From Psilocybe cubensis (Eukaryota): a DNA stretch of 64,000 nt. The notes under the pieces were generated by a model. The model did not search any database. It was not told the origin of the DNA and saw only the letters and a program-made list of their open reading frames with translations. Position 1 is the stretch's first letter. The number at the start of each line of letters is the position of its first letter. Positions 1 to 12,026 of the stretch are shown here, piece after piece. Location of the stretch: contig CM039000.1 of the NCBI GenBank assembly GCA_017499595.2, forward strand, positions 1,302,001-1,366,000, read 5' to 3'. A program made the translations under genes and the position numbers.

Positions 1-674
1 CAAATTCCAACACAGCTTACCTCTCAAAACATGTGTTATTGGTGTGTCTTCAATATTTCTGATTCAAAAAGTTTCACTAACGTGGCAATGTAAAGCGGCG
101 GTTTTTCTGGGACCATTCATCTACGTTTTCGGCCTTTGAACTTGAGAAGGATGACAACAACTCAGAAGAGGAGAACAATGACCAGGATTTTGGAACACCA
201 AGCACCGACAACTCTAGCGATTCGGGTCATTCTGCTACCAAAAAACGTAAATTGCAAAAAACAAACATTCCCGCTGGGAAAACTCGCGGTCGGGTGGCTG
301 ATGGCGAAGACTATTGGTCCAAAGTTGATCAATGGCTCAAGAGGCTTGACGATGAGCTGGGAGATAATACAGCTGAGTTGAAACAGTCCGAGTTTTCTCT
401 TGTATTCTCAATGAGTTATGCTAAGCTTGTGAATAGATTTATTGCTGAATGTCTGGAGATGGACTCTCTCAGGACCAATAAAGGCTTAGATTTCTCAAGC
501 CACCCTTCCGAGCGCTCTTTTACCAGCCCTAGCAATGTCACATCCGACCCACAACCCACCACTATACAGTCCTTTCCTTCCAATTCTTCTTCGAGGCTGC
601 CTGAACCTCATTTAAATTTTGGTAATGCAATTGCTCAATTATTTAGTGGTCCTTCAACAGGTAGACCTTTTTAG
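1..674 (+). CDS. 3' part of a spliced hypothetical protein, probably a transposon-associated accessory gene (truncated by window start)
   Basis: Frame RRFFWDH...acidic stretch...KKRK...GRVADGEDYWSKVDQWLK, intron gtccga..aatag, then FIAECLEMDS...RPF* with stop at 672-674. It lies just inside a putative CACA-type terminus at 1657. Confidence 0.5.
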
Positions 675-1148
675 CCACTAGACTCCACTACAATATAGTT
701 ATTAATTATGCGGAAATGTATGTGTAAACGCAACTAAATCTGAAGTTGATGTTGAGAACATGTAGCCCCTAATATTCAGTTTGCTAGTGTTTGGCACCGG
801 TGATCATTTGATCAACAGCAACGAGTTATCGCTTTCATCTTTTCCTCCATGATCTCGCACAGCGGCACCGTGTTTTCCGCCGTGCATTGTTAAGAGATCC
901 AGCCCTTTCATGTACTAAAAGCCATGCACTGGAAAGATCCAGATTCCCAATATGTGGGAACGCGTTGAGCGGCATGGTTGGGCATAGTTTTTTTTTGGTG
1001 ACTGACATTTGATTTGTAGATCGCGCACTGGTGCAAGAACCTGCTTATTGCTGAGTATTTTTAGACAGCTATCCATGGCGAAAATTACTTATTTTAACAC
1101 CACAGGTTCAAGAATATGTGCTTTGAAGTTTGACAAGGTCCAAGAACA

Positions 1149-1308
1149 CCATTGCCGGAATCGATAGCCATCGTCGACACCATAGTTTGGCTCTGGAGAA
1201 TGGGTGATAGTTGGATGCGCAACACAACATCGTCAACGCCATAGCCGGAATCGATCGCCATCGTCGACACCATAGTTTGGCTCTGTGGAATGGGTATTTG
1301 TGGATGCA
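1149..1308. repeat. Two-copy direct repeat, ~70 bp unit, 90 bp period
   Basis: ccattgccggaatcgatagccatcgtcgacaccatagtttggctctg... at 1149 and ccatagccggaatcgatcgccatcgtcgacaccatagtttggctctg... at 1239. Confidence 0.9.
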
Positions 1309-1489
1309 ATAACCCAGTGAGTACTTTATAGGATAGACGTTAGATTAGTAGTTATTTAGCTTCAGCTTCATGCTCAATATATGGTGTTTTATTATAACCT
1401 AATCTTGTATGAAAGACCAAAAATAAAATTTCACAATGATATTATACTGTGAATACATATGAAAAGCCTACAAAAAAATATGTATTTGC

Positions 1490-1657
1490 TAGAATGTGGC
1501 TGACACAAACGGTGCTTGGCACTTATGTGGCAGCCACATGAATTTCGGCCTGTTGTGTCACCCACTGATATCGGATGGAGGTGGCAGACACATGTTTATT
1601 TGTGTCTGACATACATCGGCCAAACACATCCAAAAATGTGTCCAGCGGCCGCCTGTG
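1490..1657. mobile_element. Possible right terminus/subterminal region of a CMC/EnSpm (CACTA-like) DNA transposon
   Basis: Ends ...CCAGCGGCCGCCTGTG (reverse complement CACAGGCGGCCG). It is preceded by clustered short gacac/gtgtc/cacat/atgtg motifs in both orientations. The partner TIR is not in the window. Confidence 0.4.
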
Positions 1658-1814
1658 TACTGCCCGTACAATTGAAACACTTTTGGACTCATTAAATAGA
1701 AAACTGTACCTTGAAGAGCCAGAACAATGAAAGATACTGTAGTAACTGATTATTTTAGATCATAGCTAGTAGTACCTTGAATGTATCTAATTAGTATCCG
1801 TCTTATCATCGAGG

Positions 1815-1953
1815 AATTTTTTGTGTATTTTTAACGATTTTTTCGCGAATTTTCAGGCCTGTATTTAGCATACCTCCTGAAACCCATAACCCCTGATAAC
1901 CCATACCCTGAGCCGTCCACCGAGAGGTATGGGTTAAGAGGGGTTCAACTGTA
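1815..1953 (-). mobile_element. Solo terminal remnant of a Tc1/mariner-type element or MITE
   Basis: Minus strand reads TA-CAGTTGAACCCCTCTTAACCCATACC...GGTATGGGTTATCAGGGGTTATGGG: a TA target plus a CAGT terminus, with internal repeated AACCCATA motifs. No matching second TIR was seen. Confidence 0.55.
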
Positions 1954-2774
1954 TACCTGGAAATGCATAATATCGAAGGGTGGTGAGGGCACGCGTTCGG
2001 TTCAAGAAATCTATGGCAAAAGGAATTTAGCAAAGCTGGTTCCGACCAGCAGGCCGCTTACGCCCACTTAAAACGTGTCATTGACGATTCAAAGGGTATT
2101 ACTCTCAAAAATCTCCTAGTATTGCGCGTTTTGATAACGTTACATAGATATGGATACCCTTGATTGTCAGTCTTGTGGCCCTCCCCCCAACTTGCTCACT
2201 TTAAACTCCTCTTGCTCGATTAAAGCATTCACAACCACGAGAATGTTGTTGAAAACTTCGAGAACCTCGGTTGGATTCTCTGGTATTCATATTCAAGAGG
2301 CAGACTCATGGTTATGGTTATAAAACGAAGGGTAAGTAGAGGGACTGATCGGGTGCCGGGTTCATGAAGCAATGTGAGCCTATAGTTTTTCCTGAAATGC
2401 CTTCAAACTAAGTCATTCAGACTTTAAATGATTTCGAGTAGGTGTGGCACGGCCAAATATCCCACTCCGTACCAGTGTACAATTTGCAACACTGAGATTA
2501 AGTTGGGCTATCAACCTACTCAAGAGTACCAATAATGAACTGGACCATCAAGCAAATTTGGACACAACGATCACAAAACACGGAGAGCGCCGACAAGTAA
2601 AGCCTACGATCAATGTGTGATCTACACCATCTTGTACCCTGACATTTTTAAAAGGCTCATAATCAAGTTCTTCACCTTGTAATCATTTGTTATCCAACAT
2701 CGGATCGGTGGTTTTGCTTCTGACAGGACGATTTCACTGAACGTGAAGACTGCCTCTTCAAAACCATATTCAAC

Positions 2775-4243
2775 ATGGCGCCGAGTACAACCAAAAGCAA
2801 TGGAAACCGTTCCAAAAAGGAGATGGACTTCGGTGGCTTGGATCCAGTAATGATGATGGTTCGTAGACTATTTCGTTAATTTGTGACGGATGCACATACA
2901 ACCTGCAGCGCTTAATGAACCAAATTCCACGCAATCCAGTGACAGGAACTAGGGATCTCACGGACATTACGAAGTATTGTCTCTTCTTCTTCTATCTTAT
3001 AGATCCTAAATTTGGATACAGATATATGGAAGAGCACCCAGAAGAAATGGCCCAGTTAATGGCTGAATATAACAAAAGCGAAGCCTCGAAACCGAAACTC
3101 GACCTATCCACATATGATTACAATGCATTAATCTCCACAATTCTTCCTGATTCTTTCTGGGTGGTGCAGTTGGAGCATATGGGTCATGTAGACAAGTTCG
3201 GAAACCCCGTGGAACCTAACAAAGTCAATACAGCCCCCAATACAAAACCGGTGTTTACTATCTATTGTTACGACGAACAGGGTCATTACCGCATAATGGA
3301 TGAAGTTACGGGCCTTCCAGACTCCAAAGCAGTGCTCAGGTGAGCATTGTTATTAGTGTTTCATCGAAAGACGAGAACTCATCCACTTAAAATACCAGGT
3401 CCATTCAACGAGCAATTGCTGAACCCATTATGCCTCTGAAACCAGGCCTTCCGAAATTCCTCATGATTGCTTTCAAGCTAACACCTCACGCCGAAACTTT
3501 GAAACAATTTTTAGACTCGATTCCACAGCCATTTTACTGGCGATTCGAAACCCGTGACGAAGCTCAAGGTGTTCGCGATGGTGTGCATGACCTTAATGAA
3601 CAGGGCGTAAAAGATTCTATGGCTCTTGCGGAACATGCAAAGCTGCGTGGAAATCAAGCCTTTTCCCGCAAAGACAGGGATTCAGCTCTTAAATCATACG
3701 CTGAAGCCCTGAGACATATCGTTGATGTTCTTTCTCAACGCCCTGGCCCTGAGGAAAAAACTAAAGCTACAAGATTAAGGGCAATTTGCTATGCAAATAG
3801 AGCTGCCACCCATATGCTACCAGGGACTGGTCAAGATCCACAAAAAGCCCTTGCAGATGGAAAGTCAGCAGAGACGGTAGACCCCACCTATGGGAAAAGG
3901 TGGAAGATTTTTCTTTACTCAGTGTCAATAAACCACTCAAGTAGTTCTTGTTACCAGTTATATTAGACAAGCTGCTGCCAACGAAGCGCTTGGTAACAAG
4001 GACGACGCCCTGGATGCAATTGCACGAGGGCTGCGTCGAAAGGAGCTCGAAAATGATGTTGGATTGGTTGATCGATTAATCGAACTGATGACAGATGGAA
4101 AGGGCCTTTCCGACGACGAAGAAACATACAAGAACTGGTGGTTAGATGTGAGTATTAATGATGCAAGAAGTTCTGAAAGACTACGTGGCATTCAAGGGGA
4201 ATGGAAAAAAAGATGTGCCGCTCAATTGGAAAAGTGGATATAG
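2775..4243 (+). CDS. TPR-repeat-containing protein (about 5 exons)
   Basis: ATG 2775 (MAPSTTKSNG...). Spliced exons join ORFs 2915 and 3430. TPR motifs AEHAKLRGNQAFSRKD..ALKSYAEAL and AICYANRAATHM..ALADGKSAETVDPTYGK. Last exon ends ...QLEKWI* (TAG 4241-4243). Confidence 0.85.
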
Positions 4244-5025
4244 TATGCGATTATATAAAAAAAGCAAAATCATACACACCGAAACTTATAGAGTAAACCC
4301 AAATTCTTGATCCCGACGAGTTGACTTTGCTTTATAATATTTGTCAAGATGTATATAACACGCGAGTTGCGGACTATTTACAAGTGTAAGGATGGTATTG
4401 GTACTCGTCAATGTATAAAAGGGTTATATAGATGCTATGGTACATAGAGAGAATAATAGGGTAAGCTTTTTTTGGTAGAAGTTGACGTGAATGAGGAAAG
4501 CAAAAAGTTGAAAGCAATGAGCGTGTGGAAAGCAATGCAATGCCAATATTGGAGGGTTGTCAAGATAATAACAGGTGGCGGAGGGCGATTGTTGGGAATT
4601 TTGCACAAGAAAGAAAACTTCAGTGGACCAACTGTCACGGCAGTGTAGTAGTCGAAATTAGGTGGATCGCGAATAATTCCAATGGTAAGTTGCTGTCTGT
4701 TGAAGCAGGCTAAACCGTTCGATGTGGCGCAAATTTGATGACACAGGTACTGAGGGAGATATTCAGTAGATAGTTTGGAGTTTGGTTGAACAGAGTTGCA
4801 CATCTTCAAGATAGTTGAGAAGGTATATTATGCAACAGTTGGAATGAGGATAGAACGGATCGTTGGTGATGGGACAATGAGGGAGGGCCGACACAAAAAG
4901 ATACTGAGTTCAACGAGCATTGGTTGCCTTTGTTGACTACGTTGCAAGAGGACTTTGTCAAATCCATGTGCCGAGCGAAAGGAGGACACGAGTGTGGAGA
5001 TCAACATGGGCATGGCTCAGCGCCA

Positions 5026-5616
5026 TTAAAAAAATTGCTGCCTAGCGCTTCCGGATGGAAAACTATTTACTATCCTAGAAGGCATCAGCTTGCGCGCTAA
5101 AGTCGATAAAATGCCCTGGAATTTGCCGTGTTGTTCTTGGCCCCCATGAAATCCTCGGGAGGTAGATGGTTGACCGGCTTTGAAGCTGGTCCTGGAGTGC
5201 CAGCCATCATTGTGGTCAGACTCTGGCTGAGGAGTAGAGAAATATGAGTCGAATACGAGAGATGAGAATGTACAATGTTCAACATACAATTTCGTCTTCG
5301 GGAAAGCATACAATGAATGAAAAATGTTCAGATTCATCCTGCGCGGTTTCATTATTCCGTAAATCAATAGTTTTCTAAAATGCTCTGAGCATCAAGGTTA
5401 ACAATTAAAATCAAGGGTACGGACCATTAGATACGATAGAGGAGTTTGTGGACGCTTATGGCAACGTATCTTGTATTTGGTAGGGTCGAGTCCAAGTTCA
5501 TAGAAATCAACCCATGTAATCACAGATGAGACTCCTTCCTCGTATGTGTGTTGGTAAAATCCATGTTCGAGCACTTGTAGAATTGGGGGATAAAAATGAT
5601 TGCGACTATGGTGCAT
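5026..5616 (-). CDS. Orphan hypothetical protein, 3 exons, ~159 aa
   Basis: aaaacaATG start. Two phase-0 GT-AG introns (gtccgt..ttttag and gtatgt..cctcag) join MHHSRNHF..SYLM / KTIDLRNNE..PEDEI / PESDHNDG..QQFF* in one frame. Confidence 0.55.
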
Positions 5617-6744
5617 TGTTTTGTATAGTTGAATTTAATGTGTGAATAGTAGTGCAAAAAGCACCGAAACGAAGTTAAGTAGTCGAAAAGATGTGGAAAA
5701 GAGGAAGAAACAGGGAAAAAAACGACCAAAGAGTGGAGGGATACAGCCGACGTGGCTGCAGAGGTGGTGGAAAGAAAAGAAAGGATGGCCAACCCTGAAG
5801 CGACATAAAAAGGGTCTCCCTCAGCTACTTTGGCGTGTAACTTCGAATTGAAATGCCGGCACAGGTGATTGGATTGCAAATTAGACAGAACCAAATCGAA
5901 TCAAAGCTCTCATACTCCCTGGTACGGCTGGTAGCCCAGTTGAGTCGATATCCTCCTCTCAATCCCTATACCCAACTTCATCCTTCGGAACCATAATCCC
6001 GCGAACTTGTCGAGTCCTTTCCTCCATGAGGGATTTGGCCACACCATTCTGGCAACCATTCGTTTGCATCACGGCTTATGGAACCCTCATTTGCAAACTT
6101 TGTCGTGACTCTTTTACTGGCAGCAACCCTGTCCGTCCAGAAACGCATTCCTGACGGATAGTAAAGATTCTGAGGTTCGAAGGGACCATTGCCTGGAAGT
6201 TGGGGTGGGCTAAGCTGGATTCTGTAGCGAAGAATCGTCAGCGTTCCAATCTTGATCCTTGCACTCTGAATGGTCCGTGAAAGACATATTTATGCCTTTG
6301 CTCTGCTTCGCTCTGCCTACGACTGTTGGTTTGGAAGAGCTTCCTGAGGTCAAAGATCCAGCCTTTTAACAGGTGCATAAATCTGTGCGCAGCACAAACT
6401 GCCATAAATGCCCTCTGGAGTTGTTTGAACTGTGTCTTCGAAATGTCTGGGACCGTGTCTTCTCAAAAATCTCCCCCGAGACAGCCTGTTTCCATACTCT
6501 GGAAGCATACTTCGTCCTATCCCGCCATGCCCTATCCCACCTTTCATCCCTCACTAGGATGGGCGAACGGACGGTGAGGCCATTACGACGCGTCACGTCA
6601 CATGATAGTGACAATTGGTGAGTCAGAGCTGTGTTGGCAGCCATTTTTTGTACCTCCCCTCCTGTCCAATAATGCTCATGTTTGAACAATTTTAGTCCTG
6701 TCCAGGTAATTGAGAGAATTGTCCACTTTCACCCAACCATCAAG

Positions 6745-6993
6745 ATGCAAGAGCCCAACATCAAGATATAATCCAAAGCGCAAACCTCAAACACGCCTCA
6801 AGTCCAAGATGGCCTCAAGAATGTGAAAGAAGTCGCCAGCAGGATACCCGATAAATTTGATGGCCTTAAGAAAAGAGAAGAAATCATTCAAGACCCGCAA
6901 GCAAAGGAAGAAATCTGCAAAGCCTGCAAGAGTACAAGGAACTCACTGGATACTATTCCACCGCCTGAATTGTCTGCCTCAACTGCTGTCTGA
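6745..6993 (+). pseudogene. Possible decayed small ORF
   Basis: MQEPNIKI*SKAQTSNTPQVQDGLKNVKE...DGLKKREE...STAV* has a single early in-frame TAA and an internal gatggcctYaagaa duplication. Confidence 0.25.
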
Positions 6994-8713
6994 GCTCTTC
7001 CAATAAATGGATATTTCTGACGACGTCTGGGTCTTCGAAAGTGCTTTGCTCAATATGTCTTGTGCAAGAATGATTGCTCGACTATATTAATGTCAGCTAC
7101 GTTCTCTGGCTTACTGTGCCCAAATCCACGTACCTTTATGATTGGATTCAGACTATTGTTGGTATCATGGTCGGTCTTGTGTTTCGAATCACTCTGGGGT
7201 TCGTGGAATGACTACTCTTAATATGTTGTTGTTGTCGTCGTCGTCGGTGTCACAGCCGTGATGTTCTTTATAATGACTTGATATTCTGTCGATGTCAATG
7301 TCATCCGCCTTCCATATCCTACACCAGATTTAACCATCACCAATGGACATCCCCTACGACTAGGATGCTCGAAAGCTCTTCGAAATTGTTGCCCGTCCGA
7401 AGGGGTAATTATCCGGTGTTGAACACCTATGATTTGGGGAATCGATATTGCGCGACCCGAAAGCCGAATGTGGAGGAATGTTGTCGCATATCGTTCGGTG
7501 GGCGTCAAGAATACCCCATGTATGTAAGTGGAAGAGGTGAAGTGATGAATCGATTTTTAACTGATGTTTGGTTGTGAGCATAGGAAGGATGGCACCTGAA
7601 ACAACCGCCATGATTTTATGCGAAAGCCAACCAATGTCTATATTGATTGAAAGGAGGTGAGTGAAGATAGAATTATGGTATTGAAGAATGGTGTGTTGAG
7701 AGCAGGACAAATGATGATGAGTGCACGTTACAACGTTGTGTGCCGGGTTGAGCGGTTTCAAAGGCCGACTCGTGGGGCACACCCGCAACAAACAAAAAAA
7801 AGCATTCAACCCAGTCACACTTAGACTTATAGGAAGACCCGAATTCTCTACGACAATGAATTATACTGGTTCTTATGTGAAGCGGTTGCGAAAAGTAAAT
7901 TGCATGTAACTCACCTTTCTCATGTGTGAACGAGCACCCTAACCCAGTGTTTGTGCACACATCGATGAGGTGTGGTCACCGGTCAAGCCACATTGCCATT
8001 GGCGCGCACAACAACAATCACCTTCTCACGGGGCACAATGCAAAATCCCACCTGCGAGCACCCACATTGACATCAAGGCCGATTAAAAAACCATGTCCCT
8101 CTCCCCGCCACAAGTGAGCAATGGCGCCATGAACTACAACCTTTTCAGTTCAGACCTCAAAACTTCAGCTCATGAGTTATCGTCAAGGCAATGAATCAAG
8201 GCGCAATGAAAGATGGAAAGGCCCACGGGATGTTGTTCAATTTCTTTACTACAAGACGATGTCTCCGATCAAGTTGCAATCGGCTATATACATCTAAGAC
8301 CTTGACCCACTTTGAGCTCTGTTCAGAGTTATCAACCATTTCCGCGAAAGTGAGTACTAATGCAGTTGTTCAATATTGTATCGAAGACCTCGATTCTTCA
8401 CAGAGAATATAACGGCAAAGTATTGAAGTTTTCGACATCAATTCTTTCTCATCAACACCCAACCCTAGTGGCCTCTCGATACAGACGAATAATCTCTCAC
8501 AATCATAGAATTATCTCACTTCGTTCTCATGTCGAGTTATGTACATCCTATGACTCTCCGAAGTTTCAGCGACACCACTTCCAACGGGCCGCCACCAAGC
8601 TTTCGCGCATCGTTCAGTCAATGTGACCTTTGGAAATCAAATAAAAAAGGGTTAAAACAAACGTGGACAGCATAGATTGCGCATTTCTATCGTCCTAATC
8701 ACCATCCATTCCC

Positions 8714-11700
8714 ATGAAGTTCAACGACGGATTTTGGCTGTTGAAGAACGGTATCAAGCCGTTTTATGGCCTTCAAGTTGTTCAAGTTCGCGAAGACGAT
8801 AAAGGATATGATCTACAGGTTGCGACTCGTCCAATTAGGCACCGAGGTGACACGCTGGGCGGTAAGGAAATCTTCCTCTGTGCTAGTATCTGCGCTCATC
8901 TGCCACGCTTTTGACCATCGCAGGTCCCGTGTTAAGTGTTCGCGTGCACTCACCTACTCAAGGTGTGATCGGAGTGAAGATTCAGCATGTCGTTTATGGA
9001 GAACCAACGACCAATATCCAGTTGTTCCCCGATGACGGTCCTGTACCAGATATGACTTTATCGAAAGACGACAAAAAACATGTCCTGCAATCAGGAGATT
9101 TGCGCGCTGAGATCACGGAGAACCCATATACCATCACTTTCAAATCACCGGAAAGGACATTGACCGAAGCTGGCGTTAAGCACCAGGCAGTTTTTGATGT
9201 GCCGTCGCGATGGACTATACATTCTGCCTCCAATAGCTCCTGTCTTGCCCAAGATCCTTTGTCAAACCCTCGTCCTGCTCCTTTGCCTCCTACTGTTCAT
9301 TATATCAACTCCGAACTCAATACATCTCCTGGAGAATTGATATATGGTTTTGGAGAACAATTTGGCCCGTTTGTCAAAAACGGTTAGGCTTCTTTCATTT
9401 TGTTTGTAGGCTTTGATTACTGACTGAAGATTAAGGGCAAGGTGTAAAAATATGGAACCAAGATGGAGGAACATCGAGCGAACAAGCGTACAAATGTGTT
9501 CCATTTTACATCACTAACCGCAACTATGGAGTCTTCATCAACCATCCGGGAGAAGTTGAGGTTGAAGTGTGTTCTGAGAAAGTCAGCAGGGTTGGTGTGT
9601 CAGTTGCAGATAATACTTTGGAATATTTTCTGATTTATGGTAAAACACCGCTGGAGGTTAGTCTTCATGTTCTGAAAGTAGAAGCCTTTGCAAAAATTTA
9701 TTTTAAAATATTCCATGCCTAGATTCTGGAAAGATATACTCGAATGACAGGAAGGCCAGCGTATGTATCAATTCTTCCCGTGCGCTATGACAATCTACAG
9801 CGTTCAACACTAATATTTTTTTAGCATTTTACCAAGCTGGACTTATGGTCTATGGTTATCGACGTCATTCTTGACCTCCTATTCCACTGAAACTGTATCC
9901 GGATTTTTGCAAGGCATGGAGGAACGTAATTGTCCAGTCCGCGTCTTCCATCTGGATTGCTTCTGGATGAAACAATATGAGTGGTAAGTCGTTGAATTTT
10001 CTAACTAGTGCGTCTTGTTTTGGCTCAATTGGTGGTTCGACAATAGGTGTTCTTTTACTTTCGACCCTGACAATTTCAAGAACCCCAAAGCCTACTTGAC
10101 GGAGATTAAACAAAAATATGGCGTCAAGATATGTTTATGGAGTGGGTCTCCATCATCAATGGCGATTTGGTAGCAAAGTTAACCAGTTGCTTACAGTAAA
10201 TCCGTATATATCACAGTTATCACCCGTCTTTAAGGAAGGTGTTGAAGGCGGTTTCTTCATCAAGCGACTGGATGGGAGCCCATGGCAGTTACGTTGTTTT
10301 TTTCCAAGATTTTTCATATATTTACGTGCTCACATAAATTAACAGGTGGGATCTATGGCAGCCTGGACTTGCCATTGTTGATGTGACAAATCCTGCTGCG
10401 CGTAAATGGTACAATGACAAACTTACTGCGCTGTTGGACCTAGGTGTCGATTGCTTCAAGGCAAGGAATAAATGTAACTAGTTGTTCTGTTGGAAACTGA
10501 CAAAGATAAATGTTTCAGACTGATTTTGGGGAGCGTATTCCTCATGCATCAGTCGCTTTCCACGACGGTTCTGATCCAATGAGGACGCATAACATGTTTT
10601 CTGTAATATACAATGAGCTTGTGTTTAACTTGTTGAAAGAACGATTTGGAGAGGGTGAAGCTGTTGTATTTGCACGGGCGTCAGCAGCTGGCGGACAGCG
10701 GTTAGTTACTTTAATATTTATTCTTGAATACTTATAGACTCTCTACAGTTTCCCGGTTCATTGGGGTGGCGATTGCGAATCAACGTATGAAGCCATGGCC
10801 GAAGCTTTACGAGGCGCATTATCTCTTACTGTATCAGGTTTCGGATACGCATCTCATGATATCGGCGGATTTGAGGTTTGTATTGCAACTTATGGATGCT
10901 GCGGTCCTTCATCACAAACACTGTTTTGGCAAAAACGTCAAAGCCCTTGAAACGCCTTCATCATTTATTCCTTTGGATCTTTCTTTTGCTTGTCAAAACT
11001 ATGATTTGCTTACATGCTTTCCCGTTTTCTTTTATCACTTAGGGCCACCCGCCTGCGGAAATTTATCAGAGATGGGTAGCGTTTGGCCTGTTTTCATCGC
11101 ACTCGCGATTGCATGGATCTTCCTCATACAGAGTGCCTTGGATATACGGAGAAGATGCGGCGAGATCCATGTCGAAATTCCTGGACGCGAAGCATCGGCT
11201 GATGCCATATCTATACAACCTTGTGGGTTCAATTTTGTTTTGTGACTTGTGATTTCTTCCCTGAAGTTGGCGGACTGCGGACGAGAAGAACTTCAACTCG
11301 TGGAACTGTCTGTCAGTGCCTGTGGCTGCCACTCTTTCCTTTTCTTCGTCTTTATATTTCCGAATCGCGTTGGATGGGGATCAATGCTAACCTTTTACAT
11401 CACAACTTTTTCCTTTTTGTAGTCCATTCAGGCTCGTCTGCATGGTCATCCGGTCATGCGCGCGATGTTTCTTGAGTTTTCGGAGGATCGGACTACCCAT
11501 TATCTTGATAGGCAATACATGTTAGGTAGGTTTCTTCAATAATCCTTTTGATATTATTTATTCCATTAACCAAAAAACACGACAACTATATTTTAAAACT
11601 TGATCAGGTCCGAATCTGCTCGTCGCGCCTGTATTCGTGCCTCTGGGAGAAGAGACAGAGTATTACCTCCCAGCCGGCAAATGGACATCCTTTTTCCATC

Positions 11701-12026
11701 CGGAGAGGACCATCGAGGGGCCTCGCTGGGTGAGGGAACACGTTCTCATTGACGAAATACATGTGTGGGTGCGCGCTGGTTCTGTGCTTGTGCTCGGCCC
11801 GGAGCGCGTTGGTCGCCCTGATTATGATTACACACGGGAGTTGGAGGTACGTGCGTATAAGCTGGAGACAGGTCAGGTGGTTGTAGTCGACGTGCCAAAG
11901 GGGAAGGGCGTCGAGGTTGCAGGCAAGATTAAGGTGACCAAGTTGGAAGAGCAGGCACAGGGAGACGAAGGTGTCAATGTGGTTGCTGATGAAGGACTGC
12001 AGGTTGGAAAGGTTTTGTCGTTTTAA
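8714..12026 (+). CDS. Glycoside hydrolase family 31 alpha-xylosidase/alpha-glucosidase (YicI-like), multi-exon
   Basis: [10 protein letters not shown] start; [48 protein letters not shown]; catalytic [48 protein letters not shown]. Confidence 0.95.

Noticed and set aside
1149..1308. Repeat-spacer-repeat pattern as a CRISPR-like array
   Set aside because: Only two ~70-bp copies, eukaryotic context, and no cas genes.
10877..11421. Two long GH31 introns (~165 and ~200 nt) as snoRNA hosts
   Set aside because: No convincing paired C/D boxes or H/ACA hairpin-hinge-ACA layout seen.
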